NCBI GenBank assembly: GCA_043228905.1
Contig: JBHGNT010000020.1
Span: 15,128,001 to 15,192,000 of the forward strand
Direction of reading: 5' to 3'
From: Azolla caroliniana
Lineage: Eukaryota; Plantae; Polypodiophyta
DNA length: 64,000 nucleotides
Below the pieces are notes generated by a model. The model was not told the origin of the DNA and did not search any database. It worked only from the letters and a program-made list of their open reading frames with translations. Positions 14,759 to 28,880 of this stretch are shown piece after piece; position 1 is the stretch's first letter, and every line of letters begins with the position of its first letter. The position numbers and the translations under genes are program-made.

Positions 14759-15358
14759 TCAAGAATAAATGCCAACATCTCATCTATGGTGTGTTTTCTT
14801 TATATTTAAGTTGATGCACAATGTACTTTAGAAGTTGCCAATCATTGCCACGTTGTATTATTTTCATTGGAGTCATTTGAACATCAAACTATTGTTTTTA
14901 TTCATTCAGTTATTTTTGTTTCCCCTTTTACCCTTTTGAAGAAACCTAGACTCAAGTCTCACACTAAAGAAGGTAATCCACATGACGACATACAGTTTTA
15001 ATTTCCCCAAATACCCTTCTTCCCTCCAATGACCTAAACCCATGTATCTTATTATACATAAACTCAAATTCAAACCCGACTTTACCACATTGATCCTCAC
15101 ATAATCCCTTTCTTATATTCATTCAATTGAACCCACCTAAACATCTATGCTTATTTAAATGTAAACATAAACATACCTATTAACATTAGCATATTATAAA
15201 TATAGATATACATTAATAAACATTATTTGATATCTACATACATTCTACTTACTTTCACTTGAACATGAACACACTCACTCACACACATATAATCGCAAAT
15301 ATCCAAATACATGTACATAAACATAATTGAAAAATTATCACATCACTCTCTCACTTAC

Positions 15359-15360
<2 letters not shown>

Positions 15361-15412
<52 letters not shown>
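15361..15412. repeat. (CA)n microsatellite
   Basis: Visible run. Confidence 0.9.
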
Positions 15413-15417
<5 letters not shown>

Positions 15418-15934
15418 CATACACAAGGAATAGACAAAGTTCCAAGGAGTGAAGGTGAAAGCTCAAGCACAATCCCATCCTCTCTAGTTCAAGTCCTTGT
15501 GGTTCCACACACATTTCAGACAAACACACGTATTTTTGTGACAACACGTCGTTATGCGACACCTTCTTGTGCGTGTCATTTAGTGGCATATTCTAGTATG
15601 GAAATGTCACATAAACTCTAAGTGCATCACGTAGTGACACGCAGTTTAAGCGTCTCTTTGAGATGTGTTCTAAGAAAAAGCAATTGTATCTCCACGAGGG
15701 TGTGTGTTCATCAACATAAAGACCTCATTTTTGCCATGAAGCTTCATTTTACATAAACGATCTCAGAAAATTTGCAACTCCACTTTAATGTGAAGGTAAT
15801 TCCGGAAAATTCAGCCTTTTCCCCAATCGATGGGATAAAATCCCAACTGCTGTAGCTTTGCATAGGTTTCTTGTAGGGTTACTTAACATACCACGAATTA
15901 CACCGACACATTAGGCATACATAGGATGGGCTCC

Positions 15935-16040
15935 ATCTGTCTATCCCCCTTTCATCTACTCCGTCCTCAATCTATCCCCCTTTCATCGTAGCGAAAAAGC
16001 TGAGATCCTCCAATTCTTCGACAATCGTGTGGTCCCTACG
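15935..16040 (+). pseudogene. Small fragment of an RLK malectin exon
   Basis: CATCTACTCCGTCCTCAATCTATCCCCCTTTCATCG...GCTGAGATCCTCCAA matches the end of exon 3 (STPSSIYPPFI..EILQ.FDN) of the other copies. Confidence 0.65.
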
Positions 16041-16154
16041 TACCTGTGAGTGAGAGATCTGTCACATTTACAAGCAAATTCAGACATTGATAATATTCCA
16101 TGGATATATCACAAAGCTGTACTTGCATTTCCATTCCTTTTTGTTTGTTCTTGG

Positions 16155-16195
<41 letters not shown>

Positions 16196-16269
16196 AAACT
16201 ACAATTCCTTATTAAGTACATGCATCTCTCTCTCTCTCTCATTGCAAAAGCCCCATGACTAGTCAAATG

Positions 16270-17850
16270 TAAGATAATTGGATGCCTGAAATAGAAAGAA
16301 AAATGTTGAACCTTGAAGTAGAAAAAGAGATTTTAATGAAGGCAAATGCTGAAATAAAATCTACAATTGAACGGAAGGAAGATTTTCTCTTGAAAGAAAC
16401 ACCAAAAATCACGCAAGTGCATTCTAATATCATGGATGGTTTAGATGCAAAGGAGCAATCTGAAATTGAAAAAAGAGGTATGCAAGAGAATGAAACAAAG
16501 AATGCATTATCTCTTGCAGAGAATATTACGAAATTCTTTAAAGATCACTTTTCTAGGCGAGATGTTATTGTATATGCATCACATTGGGTTGGCAAAAAAC
16601 AACTAAAAGGAAAGTCATCTTGAGCTATTGTTTGTACAATCCTAGATGAACGTAAAAAGGCTATCATTCCAGATAGTAGTATGATGTACTTATAAGGGAC
16701 AAGTTTCTTTGTAACAGAGGATAGAACTCCACAAGAGCAAGAACATAGAAGGCAAGCATATGCATCTAGGAAAGCAAATCAAATGCATGCATAGAGGATA
16801 TCCATGGAATAAGGGTTTATGACTCAATGATGTAGCTCATGGTATGGACATTATATTTTGGCTGAAACATGGGAGCATGAGGTAAACTTATACCTAAGCT
16901 AGATGGTTACCTCATAAAATCGATATGGCCTCACTCCAAAGGGAATATTGGGTGTACTGGGATAACATGTATCTACCATGAGAGTTTAGATAATTCTATC
17001 AAAGTATGCAAATATGATGACTATAAGAGATACATATGGATAGAGGTTAATTTGGGGAAAGAGAAGCTCTACATAGTTGCATGTTACATTCCTCACAAAC
17101 ACTCAAACTACAATAGTAGGTTTGGGTTAGATTGTGATGACCCTTTCACAAAATTATTTCATGATATACTTTCATTTGACAAGATTGGCAAAGTGTTAAT
17201 TATAGGAGACTTTAATGCAACTGTTAGAAAATTCCAAAATGTGGAGACATTTGAAGAAAATGTAGTAGAATGTTGTATATTGTGTAACCCAGAGGATTGT
17301 GTCATGTTAGATTAAGGAAAACTTTTGATACATATGCTAAATTGCACAAACTTGATTATCTTAAATGGTATAAAGGCATTCCCCTTGACAAATGTACTCA
17401 CGTGTTTTCCATCCTCAGGTGGAGGAAGTGTGGTTGATTACGCATTAATCCATCTTTGGTGAATGTGTTTAAAGTTGGTTCTCTATCTCCAGACGCAAAC
17501 CATAAGCCATTGTACTTAGAGCTTGCAACAATAAATGTCATGGAGTGAAAGAGGAAAAGAGATGTATCATCTGACCTTGCTACGAAAAAGCTAAGATGTA
17601 TACGAATGAAGAGGAGAACCATTTGTTAAATTTTTCCCTAAGAAACGATGTTAAAGAAAATTAATAACATTTGAAGGATATAATCCTTAAGGTTGGATAT
17701 CAATACTTCAAGAGGCATGTTAGTGGGCATAAGATGTCTAATTTTCCATGTAATTCTTGGTTCAATGATGAATGTAAGATGTATCTCAAATGGTTTAAGC
17801 CTATAGAAGGGAAAAATGAAAGATTGTTGCATGGCACCCACATAATAAGG
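16270..17850 (+). mobile_element. Decayed LINE: ORF1 remnant plus APE endonuclease, truncated before RT
   Basis: Coiled-coil ORF1 (16282-16790, ...LKGTSFFVTEDRTPQEQEHRRQ). Endonuclease motifs follow: ETW, YIVACYIP, IIGDFNA, LIILNG, GSVVDY, NHKPL, SWFNDECK. Many stops and frameshifts. Confidence 0.75.
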
Positions 17851-17854
17851 TAGG

Positions 17855-18620
17855 ACCTCCAACTTCTTCCCGGCCACCAGGCCCGTCGCTGACGGCCGAT
17901 CTTCATTCCAATCGCGTCGTTTGTCGTATAGGCCGCAAACCCTTTTAACCAATGGCCCAGTCGGCCATGAACCCTTCATCCGTCTCCAAGAGGAGACCCA
18001 CCTTCTCACGGTTGACTTCACAAACAACAGGGCCTTGCTCGTATCGAGCACGGTCCGGTCTAAGTGTCAAGTGTCGTGCGAACCACTTTTTGAACACCTG
18101 AAGCAGCGGCGACGTATTCCGTCCCTTGCCAGGGATCTAGACCCAATCCATAAACTCTTTCTTCGACAACCAGAGCAAGTCGTTGAAACGATACCTCTCA
18201 AGGAGCCATCCCTCAAACTCCGACCAATTCCGGCAGTCGGCTTGAACCTCGAGCACCTCCGTGTGAATGCTCAGTGTCACAACTCACGGGAAACTTGACA
18301 ACCGCATGTCCCCTAGGGCATCCCTCATTATCACCTCGGCCTGGTAGGCCTCAAGGTAGCTTGTCACATCCTTCCCATTAAATCGGCCTATCATGTCGAC
18401 TATTGCTTCAATGGCCCTATCTAGGCCACCTGTGCCCTCCTGTGCATTCACTATCCGGTCGATGGCCACCGCCATCACCTCTGCTAGTTCACTTCCTCTC
18501 ATCTTCAGACTCCTTTGCCGCCCCTATTGACGGCGGGTTCACCAAATATGTCGCGGTTTTCCGCGTGGATGTATAGAAATGGGGCGGTACCACTGGGGTC
18601 TTGGACCAAAGAGCCGGAAG
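17855..18620 (-). mobile_element. Ty3/gypsy-like gag fragment with PBS and partial LTR
   Basis: ORF 18284-18502 (AIVDMIGRFNGKDVTSYLEAYQAE). A CxxC..H..C-like zinc knuckle is at ~18060-18110 on the minus strand. PBS-like TGGTGAACCCG at ~18534-18544 lies next to an LTR-like end. Confidence 0.6.
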
Positions 18621-18624
18621 GTGA

Positions 18625-20923
18625 GAGCAAGAAGACCCGGTTAGTGGCCAAAGGATACGCGCAGACCCATGGAATCAACTACGACGAGACCTTTGCTCCG
18701 GTAGCGAAGATGACGATTGTTCGTGTGGTGCTAGTGGTTGTTGCGGCAAGGGGATAGCATCTTCACCAAATGAACATGAAGAATACGTTTCTTCAAGGTG
18801 ATCTCGAAGAATAGGTCTACATGATCCAACCCCCCGGATTTCAGTCGGGGATGAACAAGTCGGAAGTGTGCTAACTCAAGAAGTCGCGTTACGGCCTGAA
18901 ACAAGCCCCCCGTGCTTAGAATTCGAAGATCACGCACTAGTTGCATAAGATGGGGTTTGCGGCCTCGAAGTCTGACTCGTTGTTGTTCATCTTGAAAGGT
19001 CCGGATGGCCTGGTATGTATCCTACTATATGTGGATGATCTAGTCATCACCAAACCCGAACTCGTTGAAATCGACCGTGTGAAGTCCCAACTATCAGACG
19101 CTTTCAAAATGAAGGACGTGGGGGACCTTCATTACTTTCTCGGGATTGAAGTTATCCATACCCCCTCAAGCTATGTCCTGACTTCGGACCAACTTGCAAT
19201 GAGAAACGGTTCTGACAGATTGTCGGGAGCCTCATCTATCTTACTATCACCCAACCCGACATTAGCTATCCGGTCGGGATGTTAAGTCAATTCATGCAGA
19301 AGCCAACCGTGGAGCACCTTTAGTGTGCGCATCGAATACTGAGGTATGTTAGCAGCACTAAGGTTCAGGGTCTGTTATATCGACATGGTATAACCGAAAT
19401 GCTAGTCAGCTATACAAATGCCGACTAGATAGGTGATGCGTTGGATCGACGGCCAATATTCGGATTTATGTTCTCTCTAGGTAGCGCAGTTGTTGCGTGG
19501 AGCAGCAAAAAGCACCCAACAATGGCTCTTTCGAGCACTGAGGTTGAGTATCGGGGCGCTACCGTTGCCACCTGTGAAGCCATCTAGCTTCGGCAGTTAC
19601 TGCAAGACCTCCGTATCGAAGTACCAACTCCGATCCCGATCTACTATGACAACATGAGCAACATGCATTTGGCCAAGAACCCCGTGTTCCATGCTCGGAC
19701 AAAGCACATAGAAGTGCATTATCACTTTGTGCGCGAGCGGGTTCTGAGTGGTGTAGTAGAACTCCCATATGTCCGGATGGATCGGCAAGTTGTCGACATC
19801 TTCACCAAGGCCCTCGGAATGGACAAGTTGCAACATTTTTCGGAGGTGCTTGATATTTAGTATCTCGACATGCCGCACTTGAGGGGGAGAATCGGTACTG
19901 GTACGGGGAGAACCGGAATAGAAGCAACCGGAGAGAAGGAAACAAACAAAACATGGAGAGACAAGAAGAAAAAGGAAGCCGAGTCGATTGAAGAAGTCGA
20001 CACATTCCATAAAGTTGGAACAAGCGGTGATGGTAACAGAGTCAAGAAGGACAGAGTCGACCGGAAGGAGAAGGCCAAGACCCGGACGTGGTCCGATGTG
20101 GTGAAGGGCGTAAAGGTTGAAGGCGAATTGGAGACAACCAATTCAGACAAGAGTTGGAACAAATCAGAGTCACCTGATTCGGAGGAGCCGGATCAACTGA
20201 AGGCCAATTGGATGAGGAGGTAGTGGAAGTCCACACCCACACGGAGGAACTGACGGGTAGAGAAGCGCCGAAGTCGAAACAACGAAGCAGCTAAGAAGGG
20301 CCTTATGAGCAAACAGGACGACCGACAAGGTCGAGGTGTGCGGGACCAGGCGAATCGTGGGAAGTGGAACCGGACAGGTCAAGGAGAGCGAGCAAGGTGG
20401 GAAGACGCCAGGAGGAGCCGAAAGGAAGGACCTGCAGACACATACCTGACGATTCGACCTCAAGTTGAGGTTGAGGGGGAGTGTTGAGCAGGAAAGCTCA
20501 ACCAAATTTTGATCGGTATCCAGAACGGAGAACCGGATAGGTACCCGGATATTCGGAACTTAGAGCTAGACCGGAGAATCGGATCGTACTTCAAAATAGT
20601 GAGAACCGGTAGGCCGTTGGAGCCTACAGTCCGAGCCTAGTACGTAGGCATATTCCTTGGAGTTAGTGTTAGTCGCTCGTATGAGCATTGAAGTACTTGT
20701 CAATACTTCTGTCAATCCTTTTAAGGACTTGTATAAAAAGCATTCTTTAGAACATTTGTATATAGAGAGTATTATTATTTTGAATTGAGTTTATGTTGTT
20801 CAGCTCTCACTGTCTCTCCCACTCTCTATTTGTGTGATTTAAGCTTCCATTTAATCTTTGTGTATTTTCTGTTGCTATCCGGGTAAACCGGTCTGTCAAA
20901 GCTTCCTCACATTAACTTTTACA
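18625..20923 (+). mobile_element. 5'-truncated Ty1/copia element (RT-RNase H pseudogene plus 3' LTR)
   Basis: Motifs KTRLVAKGYAQTHGINYDETFAPVAK, LLYVDDL, ALSSTEVEY and HARTKHIEVHYHFVRE. PPT TTGAGGGGGAG at 20471-20481, then an LTR starting TGTTGAGC at 20482 and ending ~20923. Confidence 0.85.
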
Positions 20924-22003
20924 AACTCCAACTGCTCCGAGTGGATGCGGAAAATCGGAAGAAGGCTGACGACAAATTTTATAAGATGGATGAGGAGACT
21001 ATCGTCACCATCCAAGAAGAACTGTTAGATGATTTCTTTGCCCGGCCGAAACTCAAATAGAGGCTGTATGGAAGCTCATCGATGGACTTGAAGATGATCA
21101 ACTCGACGTGCAACTACAGTTGGAAGGTTATGAGCGGGAGCGTCGGCGGAAGGACGCTAAACAAAGAGCGGAGCAAATCAATATCAGTGATGCAGAGCAA
21201 TCGACGGAACCGAGGACCTCTACACCACAGTAGCCGGAACAACAAGAACAACAAGAACAACAACAACTAGAAACCGAGCCGGAGCGATAGAGAATGGAGC
21301 ACCACTAGCCGGAACAACAAGAACAAGAACAAGAACAAGAACAAGAACAAGAACAACAAGAACAAGAACAACAAGAACAAGAACAACAACAGATGACGGA
21401 GGATGAACCGCGCGAAGCTCTGGACTAGAATATTTTGGACATACTCGATGAATATTGAAAGAGCTAACCTGTGCATTCAACGTGCAATGCACTGTCCCAC
21501 GGGCGTGCCATGTATTGGCCTAGGAGTATGTTCCAGAGGAGTAATATGAACGGGGATGAGTCTGAGTGTAATTATTAGTATGTCTTAGTTAAGTAAGTTT
21601 ATAGGAACGAACGGATTCGGATAGTTGTACCGATCCACATCTGCACTGGTTGATAGCCGATAACCGGTAAGGCACCGTTTTGTAAGCTCTATCGGATGCC
21701 TATAAAAGGGTCCAAACCAATGTATAAGAGACACAGAAGTAATACAAGATTAGTGCGTTGATCTTAATGCTATTGTTCCTATTGTGTATTTGCCGTTCTG
21801 TGCTTTAATTATTAATCTTACGTGTGTTATAATTAATCGGAAGGTATCCGGAAATAGTCGGATCGGAATCGGATAAGCACCGGATAACATCCATATCTTA
21901 ACCACCCCTTTGGAGAAATATTCCGGATTAGACATCCTGTGTTTGTGGCTAAGTTTAGCCCAAGATAAACAAACACTAGGGAAGTTGAGTTTGATTCTCA
22001 ACA
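20924..22003 (+). mobile_element. 3' portion plus LTR of another LTR retroelement
   Basis: Purine-rich tract at ~21547-21560, then a TG...CA segment (~21563-22003) with a TATA-like TATAAAAG. Host-like sequence resumes at 22004. Confidence 0.45.
21238..21390. repeat. (AACAAG)n / (AAC)n low-complexity repeat inside an LTR-element 3' region
   Basis: Visible runs. The flank CACCAC(A/T)AGCCGGAACAACAAGAACAA is duplicated. Confidence 0.85.
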
Positions 22004-22062
22004 TAGATTTACCTTAATAAACATTCATACCTACTTACTTTCTACTTAGTTGTTGGACATGA

Positions 22063-22094
<32 letters not shown>

Positions 22095-22130
22095 GCACAC
22101 ACACTCAGACGCATAATTGCAAACATCCAA

Positions 22131-22165
<35 letters not shown>

Positions 22166-22609
22166 AACATAATTAAAAAATTGCCACATCACTTTTTCAC
22201 TTCTCCACATGCACACAAGGATACAAAAGGAATAAAAGAAGTTCCAAGGATTGAGGGTGGAAGTTGAAGCACAATTCCATTCTCTCTAGTTCAAGTCCTT
22301 GTGTTCCTGCTCACATTTCACACAAACACATGTATTTTCATGAAAATATATCCCAACATGTTACTATGGGATGCCTTCTTCTGCATGTCATTTAGTGACA
22401 CAATCTAGTATGGAAATGTCACATAAACCCCACATGCATCATGTAGCGACACACACTTTAACAATCTCTTTGAGATGCATTTTAAGAAAATTGGGGTTAG
22501 TACTAATGCCCCATTCTATTGTGGTGGTAATCATGGTAAGCAAGGAACTCAAACGATGATGAATTGAAAATGGAAGCAAAGTACAAAACCTTGAAAGCTC
22601 CATGACAAA

Positions 22610-23016
22610 CCACCTCAATAATCAATTGGATATTAAAAGCCAAGGTAAATGAGGTGCAATCTCATTATGAATAAGAGGAATGATTATATTGCATTTGGCA
22701 TCCAACCCAGACCCTAGAGAAGAAATAAGAAGTGGACATTAAGAGTATGTGGAGCCCCCTCAACAAGAAGAACCACTAACATCAAGCTAGTGAGGCTACC
22801 CTAGGCTTTGACCAAGTTGAAGAATAGGTTTCCCGTAGGCAAAGACTAGCCCACTAACTACCTCAATGATCAATTGGATATTAGAAGCCAAGGAAAATGA
22901 GGCCATACCTCATGATGATTAAGAGGAATGATTATATTGCATTTGGCATCCAACCCAGACCCTAGAGAAGAAATAAGAAGTGTACACTAAAGTATATGGA
23001 ACCCCCTCAACAAGAA
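22610..23016. repeat. ~247-bp tandem duplication; the second unit is interrupted by the chromovirus and continues at 27825-27915
   Basis: CCTCAAT.ATCAATTGGATATT..AAGCCAAGG...CCCAGACCCTAGAGAAGAAATAAGAAGTG occurs twice. The unit continues as GAACCACTAACATCAAGCTAGTGAGG after 27829. Confidence 0.8.
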
Positions 23017-26000
23017 TGTTAGAGCTTAGCTACTCATGTAAGCATATGATAAGGATAAAAGATAGATAAATAAGAAAGGATCAACACGAATGTTAGAGCT
23101 TAGCTACTCATGTAAGCATATGATAAGGATAAAAGATAGATAAATAAGAAAGGAGTGAGAGAAAGAAGGTTGTCGATCCACCCAACCACCCCCGAACGAA
23201 GGGATCGACACGGACTCGAGCCTCGATTAGTGTCCCATACCACCGATGTGGCATCGAGTTGTACCTGGTGCTGGCGCGCTCGCTACAAGAGTTGACCCAC
23301 CACAATGTTAGAGTCTCGACGTAGTCGATAATGTGTCAAATGAGGGTAGCTAGGCTAAGTGTGAACTTGCATGGTGGCCTTAGGTCTGGCTATAAATATG
23401 ACGAGAATTAAAAGTAATCATCCTATTCTTTACACTCTCGTTTAAAACTCACACTTTATCCACATGTATAGAATACTACGGTAGATTCTCACCCAGGGAT
23501 ATTGTATGGTCATGCCTGTAGCATACTCTCCCTCTTTAAAACATTGCACTCTTGCAATGGAAAGTTAGGGAAGTTAGTTTTAATGGTATTTTCACGTTCC
23601 CATGTGGCATCTTTTATAGACTTATCCATACATTTAATTTTAAATTCTCGGATTATTTTAGAATGCAATTTTTTTGTTTTAACATCGAGAATTCTTTCTG
23701 GCACATGTGGTTTAGAAGATAATTCTTCAGAATTAACTAGAGTTTCAGTTGTCACTATATTGTTGCCAGAACAAAGAAGTTCTTTTAAACGAGTTACATG
23801 AAAAACTGGATGGATTTCAACACCATCAGGAAGAATGAGACGATAGGTTGATGAACCAATGCATTTGAGAACTATAAAAGGTTCACAAAACCATGGGGCT
23901 AACTTATCGCACTTACCCGTAAACAATGTCTTAGAATTGTGAGGTACACGTAAAAATACTTTCTGTCCAGGGTTGAATACACGAGGTTGCCTATTATGAT
24001 CGGCATAAAAACGTGCTCTATCTTGAGCTGTTTTTATATTATCTTGTGCAATATGCAACATATCTTGCATACCCCAAAGAAAGTCTTGCATATCTTGCAT
24101 ACCGAGCTCCCTAGAGACGGTTAATTCAATTGTTAGCCCGTGGCAATGGATATGAATTCTTGATCGTCACTTTATTCAAGCATTGGTAATTAATACACAT
24201 ATGCCACGTGCCCTCTTTCTTTTTACCAAGAGAATAGGTGCACCCCATGGAGATTTACTATAACGTATATAACTCATTCATAAATAGTCCTTGAGTTGCT
24301 TAGATACGTCATCCTCTTCGGATCAACTTAAACGATAAGGAGAGGTGTACTTGTTGGTGCAACACTGTGTACAATATTGATACGATGGTCTATATTACAT
24401 TTAGGAGGTAACCCATGTGGTAGTTCACTAGGAAAAACATCACGAAAATCATTTAAGATTTCATCGAGTTGTTCAAAATCTGATAATTGATACGAGACAT
24501 TATCAATATTATAAACGTGAATGTTCAGATCAAGTACACAATAAAATAAAGAAGAACAAGACAACTCAGATATTGATGGAGAGGAAACAATCGAAACAGA
24601 TTGTTTATTTACACATTGAATAAAATGAGTACAATCGTTCAGTATAAAAGAAATGGAATGGCAAACCCAATCAATAGACAAAGAAGAGTTTTTATTATAA
24701 AACCAGGGATAACCCAGTATTACATCAGTACTACAAAGATTCATTAAATGGAATTCTACTTCCTCTATATAAGTATCAATAGAATTTGCTAATGAATGAA
24801 TCGCCTTGTTGATGTATTGTACTCTTGCATCAGCCAAGTCCCAATACATAGTGAGGGAAAGAACATTTACAATTACTTAAATGATGTGTATAGACTTGAA
24901 GGACATTAGGAATCTGACCTTTATGGTCTTTAGCTTTTGTTTTGCTGTCGTGCTCTTTCCGTTGGAGCTTTAGACATTGCTCTTTTGTATGATCCTTCTT
25001 TTTGCAGAATACGCCAAAATGATTTTGTCGCTTACAATCGCGATCCATGAATTCGTTGGGTGTCTTGCGTTTCCCAACGAATTGCGACCCTTATCGTGCA
25101 CTATCCAATGATAGTCCGAATACCATTGACAAAACAAGCTATCAACCAATTGTCCCCTTCTAGACCCGATTTTTGGATTTGGGTTCTAGCATGGTGAACA
25201 TAGTCTTTGAGCAAGGAAAACTTCTTGCTAAAGAGGTTCATTAAAGCTTGTGCTGCCTTGGTTCGCGATGGAGGTTGTAGAAATTAGCCCTTGAAAATTG
25301 TGACAAATTCTGTCCACGTATCGGGCAATTTCCCCAAAGTGCGGCACCCACACCACTAGGCGGTGGCCTTACCCCCTAGTTCTCGGCCAACATATGCAAT
25401 CTTCGTACTATCTGACTTGGGATAGAGCTCGAATTGAGAGTTCCTTCGGCCTAGCCATGTGCAGATTGTTTCTTCGGTTCTTTCCTTTTTGTCTCCCGTA
25501 AATGGCTTTACGACAAATAATGGTTCACCCTGATGCTCATCGGGTCTATTAGTATCACATTGTAAATTGATGACACGTGCCTCGAGAGTACTATGAGATT
25601 TCCGATGTTCGGATATCTGATGCGCTGTTGAATTAAGGAAATTTTGTATTTGTATCAAATACGACTCAATGTCATTGAGTGATAATTTCTTGCAAAGAAA
25701 TAGGATAATGTCAAACAAATAGTCATAACATATCTTGTGATGTAAACATATAATGGGAAAACATTAATCGATATCATGATCTCACGTCAATACCCCTCTA
25801 GACGTATGAGATGAGGTTGAAGATCATGTTACTATGGTAACACAAAGGTGTTATAAAAACCATGGGGGTGACAAATGGATGTCCTTCCCTGATATCTATA
25901 TCGATTTTGTCATGGTGGCTCCCCAAGGTTCAACCATGTATGTTTGCGTCATGAATAGTTTAAACACGAAAACATGTTAACAATAAACTATGTCTTTGTG

Positions 26001-27824
26001 CCCACGCATGTGGTTTCGACTCTTTAAGTTCTATTACGAGGACCCCGAAGTGCACTTAGACCTAAAGTCTAAACATGTGTTATAGTCATATGTATCAATA
26101 ATGTTGTATGGTCTTGGTCATATTTGAATTCGAGCCCTCGAGAACAAATACATTAAACACTTGAGCTAACCAAATGGTTTTCTTCTTTTGAATGTTTAAC
26201 GTTTATGCGTATGAGAGATATGTGAAGGCATTTGCCCAGATATGTTTTTTTCAATGAAAACATATATGTCGAGAGTCCTTATTTCCCCCTCGTTTACTAC
26301 AAAACTACGTTGGTACGTTACCCAACCTCAAGGCTCATCATTACGATGACATACTCCAAAGTGCAACCTAATGGTCAAACCACACGGGACCTCTTTTCGT
26401 AGTAGGCGCACATGGTCCATCACATGGTTACATCATTACGAATGCCTTTCGTAATGAGGATCTCATGGTGGCATCGTAACCATGTAACGAGGGAGGGATG
26501 TTGGATGCGTGTGTCATAGGGGCGACCTCACTTAAGATGGGTCAAGCCCAACGCTCTCAACATCATTGTGGCTATGATCGTTTCGTTATAACGCGTTGTA
26601 AGATCAAAGTGACCAATGGGGATGACAACAAAAAAAATTGTTGAAAAAAACGATAGTGACTATGCCATTCTCACAAAAATATGAGGATGGCCACCAAGAT
26701 CCTTTCCCCAATGTTCGACATACACAATCACGTAATAAAAACTAATATATATTTATGTTTATCGCATGTATACGATTAAATACATATACACGTGATTAAA
26801 TATGCATATATTTAAAAAAATCGTAATATCACATAGCCAACGAATGATGTAAATCGAGATACATAATTGAGGCATATAGCCTCCACACATGCAAAACATC
26901 CAAAAATAAGGGTGAACGTAATACACAATTGAGATATTGACCTCTTACGCATACAACACCAATCACATATCCTTTACATAGAAACCGAGGTATTGACCTC
27001 ATATGCATACATAACATATGTATGTGAATGTAATACGCAATTGAGGTATTAACCTCATACGCATACGACACGAATCACATATCAAATATATGTCAAATGA
27101 GGTATTGACCTCATACACATATGTAAACGTTTTATATACCAATTAATTACCACTACAACATCATTGAATCAATGAAAGAAAACACATAATAACTATACAT
27201 GATTAGATTGTGAAAACAAAGAATAGAAAAAAAAAGGAAAGAGTTACCGAAGTTCCTTTGTTGATCGTTATCTGGATCAAGGTCGACCGCACGTCGATTG
27301 ATCAACATCCATCAAGAACAAAACAAAAACCAACAAAAGAAACATTCGAAACATGGCTTGGATACCAATAGTTAGAGATTAGCTACTAATGTAAGCATAT
27401 GATAAGGATAAAAGATAGATAAATAAGAAAGGAGAGAGAAAAAGAAGGGTGCCGATCCACCCGGCCACTCCTGAGCAAGGGGATCGAGACGGTCTCGAGC
27501 CTCGATCAACGTCCCATACCACCGTCGTGGCGTCGAGTCGTACCTGGTGCTGGCACACTCGCTATAAGAGTTGACCCACTGCAATGTCAGAGTCTCGACA
27601 TAGTCGATAATGTGTCAAATGACGTAGCTAGGCCTCATATTTATAACTAGACCTAAGACCCCCAAGCAAGTTCACACTTGACCTAATGGGTTGTCTCAAT
27701 CGCGAGGATTAAAAGTAATCCTCCCCTTCTTTACACTCTTGTTTTACCCTCACACTTTATCCACGTGTATTGAATACTACAGTAAATTCTCACCACGGGA
27801 TATTATATGGTCATGCCCGTAACA
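23017..27824 (-). mobile_element. Ty3/gypsy chromovirus LTR retrotransposon, internally deleted, with TSD
   Basis: LTRs at ~23091-23523 and ~27370-27824. iMet-type PBS at ~27356-27368 (minus strand) and PPT at ~23524-23535. TSD AAGAA at 23012-23016 and 27825-27829. Gag at 25356-25718 and protease/RT start at 24328-24849. Integrase C-terminus with chromodomain (PERILDVK...ATWE) at 23510-24100. Most of RT/RNase H is missing. Confidence 0.92.
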
Positions 27825-28224
27825 AAGAAGAACCACTAACATCAAGCTAGTGAGGCTAGCCTAGGCTTTGACCAAGTTGAAGAATAGGTTTCCCATAGGC
27901 AAAGACTAGCCCATTACATGAAACAAATCCTTTGGATAACAGGGTTAATGCGAAATGGGAGCCACCCCAACACACAACTAAAGCAATTATTGAGCATTTG
28001 GATGATGAAGTCAATGTTGCGTTATTGTAACGAATCCTCGCTCTCAATGTTCAACTACCGATATGGGAAGTGTGTCAAATGTTATGTGCCTAATACTTTA
28101 AGAATAAAGGCCTTGATCATGTTCCATTCAAACATATTCAACTCATTGTAAGGGAGATGTTATGGTTGACTCTATGTTATGCTAATGCTATTTAGCCATA
28201 ATTTGTTACAAATAATATGTAATC

Positions 28225-28880
28225 TGGAAATCATTCACATGGATGGCAAGAGCAACATTCAAATGACTGAAAAATTTGGAAGGGAAAATGTCTGATTTCG
28301 GAATATCAAGACTAAATTCTAGTGATGGAGACAATCAAGTGACAACAAAACTAATGAGTAACAAGGGATATGTGGATTCAGAGTAGGATTACAATCTTAA
28401 TATATAGGAAACAAGGAAATCATTTTGAAGAAATAATTTGACTACTTTAACTTATGTCTTACATGTCCCCGATGTATCACTGCTCACCTTTAAAATTATG
28501 CACCGTTTTGTTTTCCATGTTTACTCAATGGTATCACTTCTAGGCTTGTGTCCACATTAATATTGTCCAAAAAGGTTGATATATTCATCTTTGGAGTAGT
28601 TTGTTTTGAAGTGCTATGTGGCAAACCTCCTTTGGTAAGAGACCGAGGATGTGCAAACAACAAAATTCATATGGTAGAATGGGTATAAATGATTAACTTT
28701 GATGTCAATATTATCAAACGATATACCAAAATTTAAGTCAATCTTAGTTTTCCTAAAAACACATAGTTTATACTTTTGTTGGCAAGAGCTTATTATAAAA
28801 AAGGAACAATAAAGGAAATTGCAGACCATCAAATTGGTCGTAACTACAATTTCTCATCCATATGGAATGTGGTAGAGGTT
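28225..28880 (+). pseudogene. RLK copy 3: kinase C-lobe relic
   Basis: IIHMDGKSNI...[17 protein letters not shown]...KKVDIFIFG and a final-exon fragment, with frameshifts. Introns are homologous to copy 2. Confidence 0.85.

Noticed and set aside
21082-21492. ORFs with poly-VL, poly-LF or poly-NK tracts
   Set aside because: These are translations of the AACAAG microsatellite.
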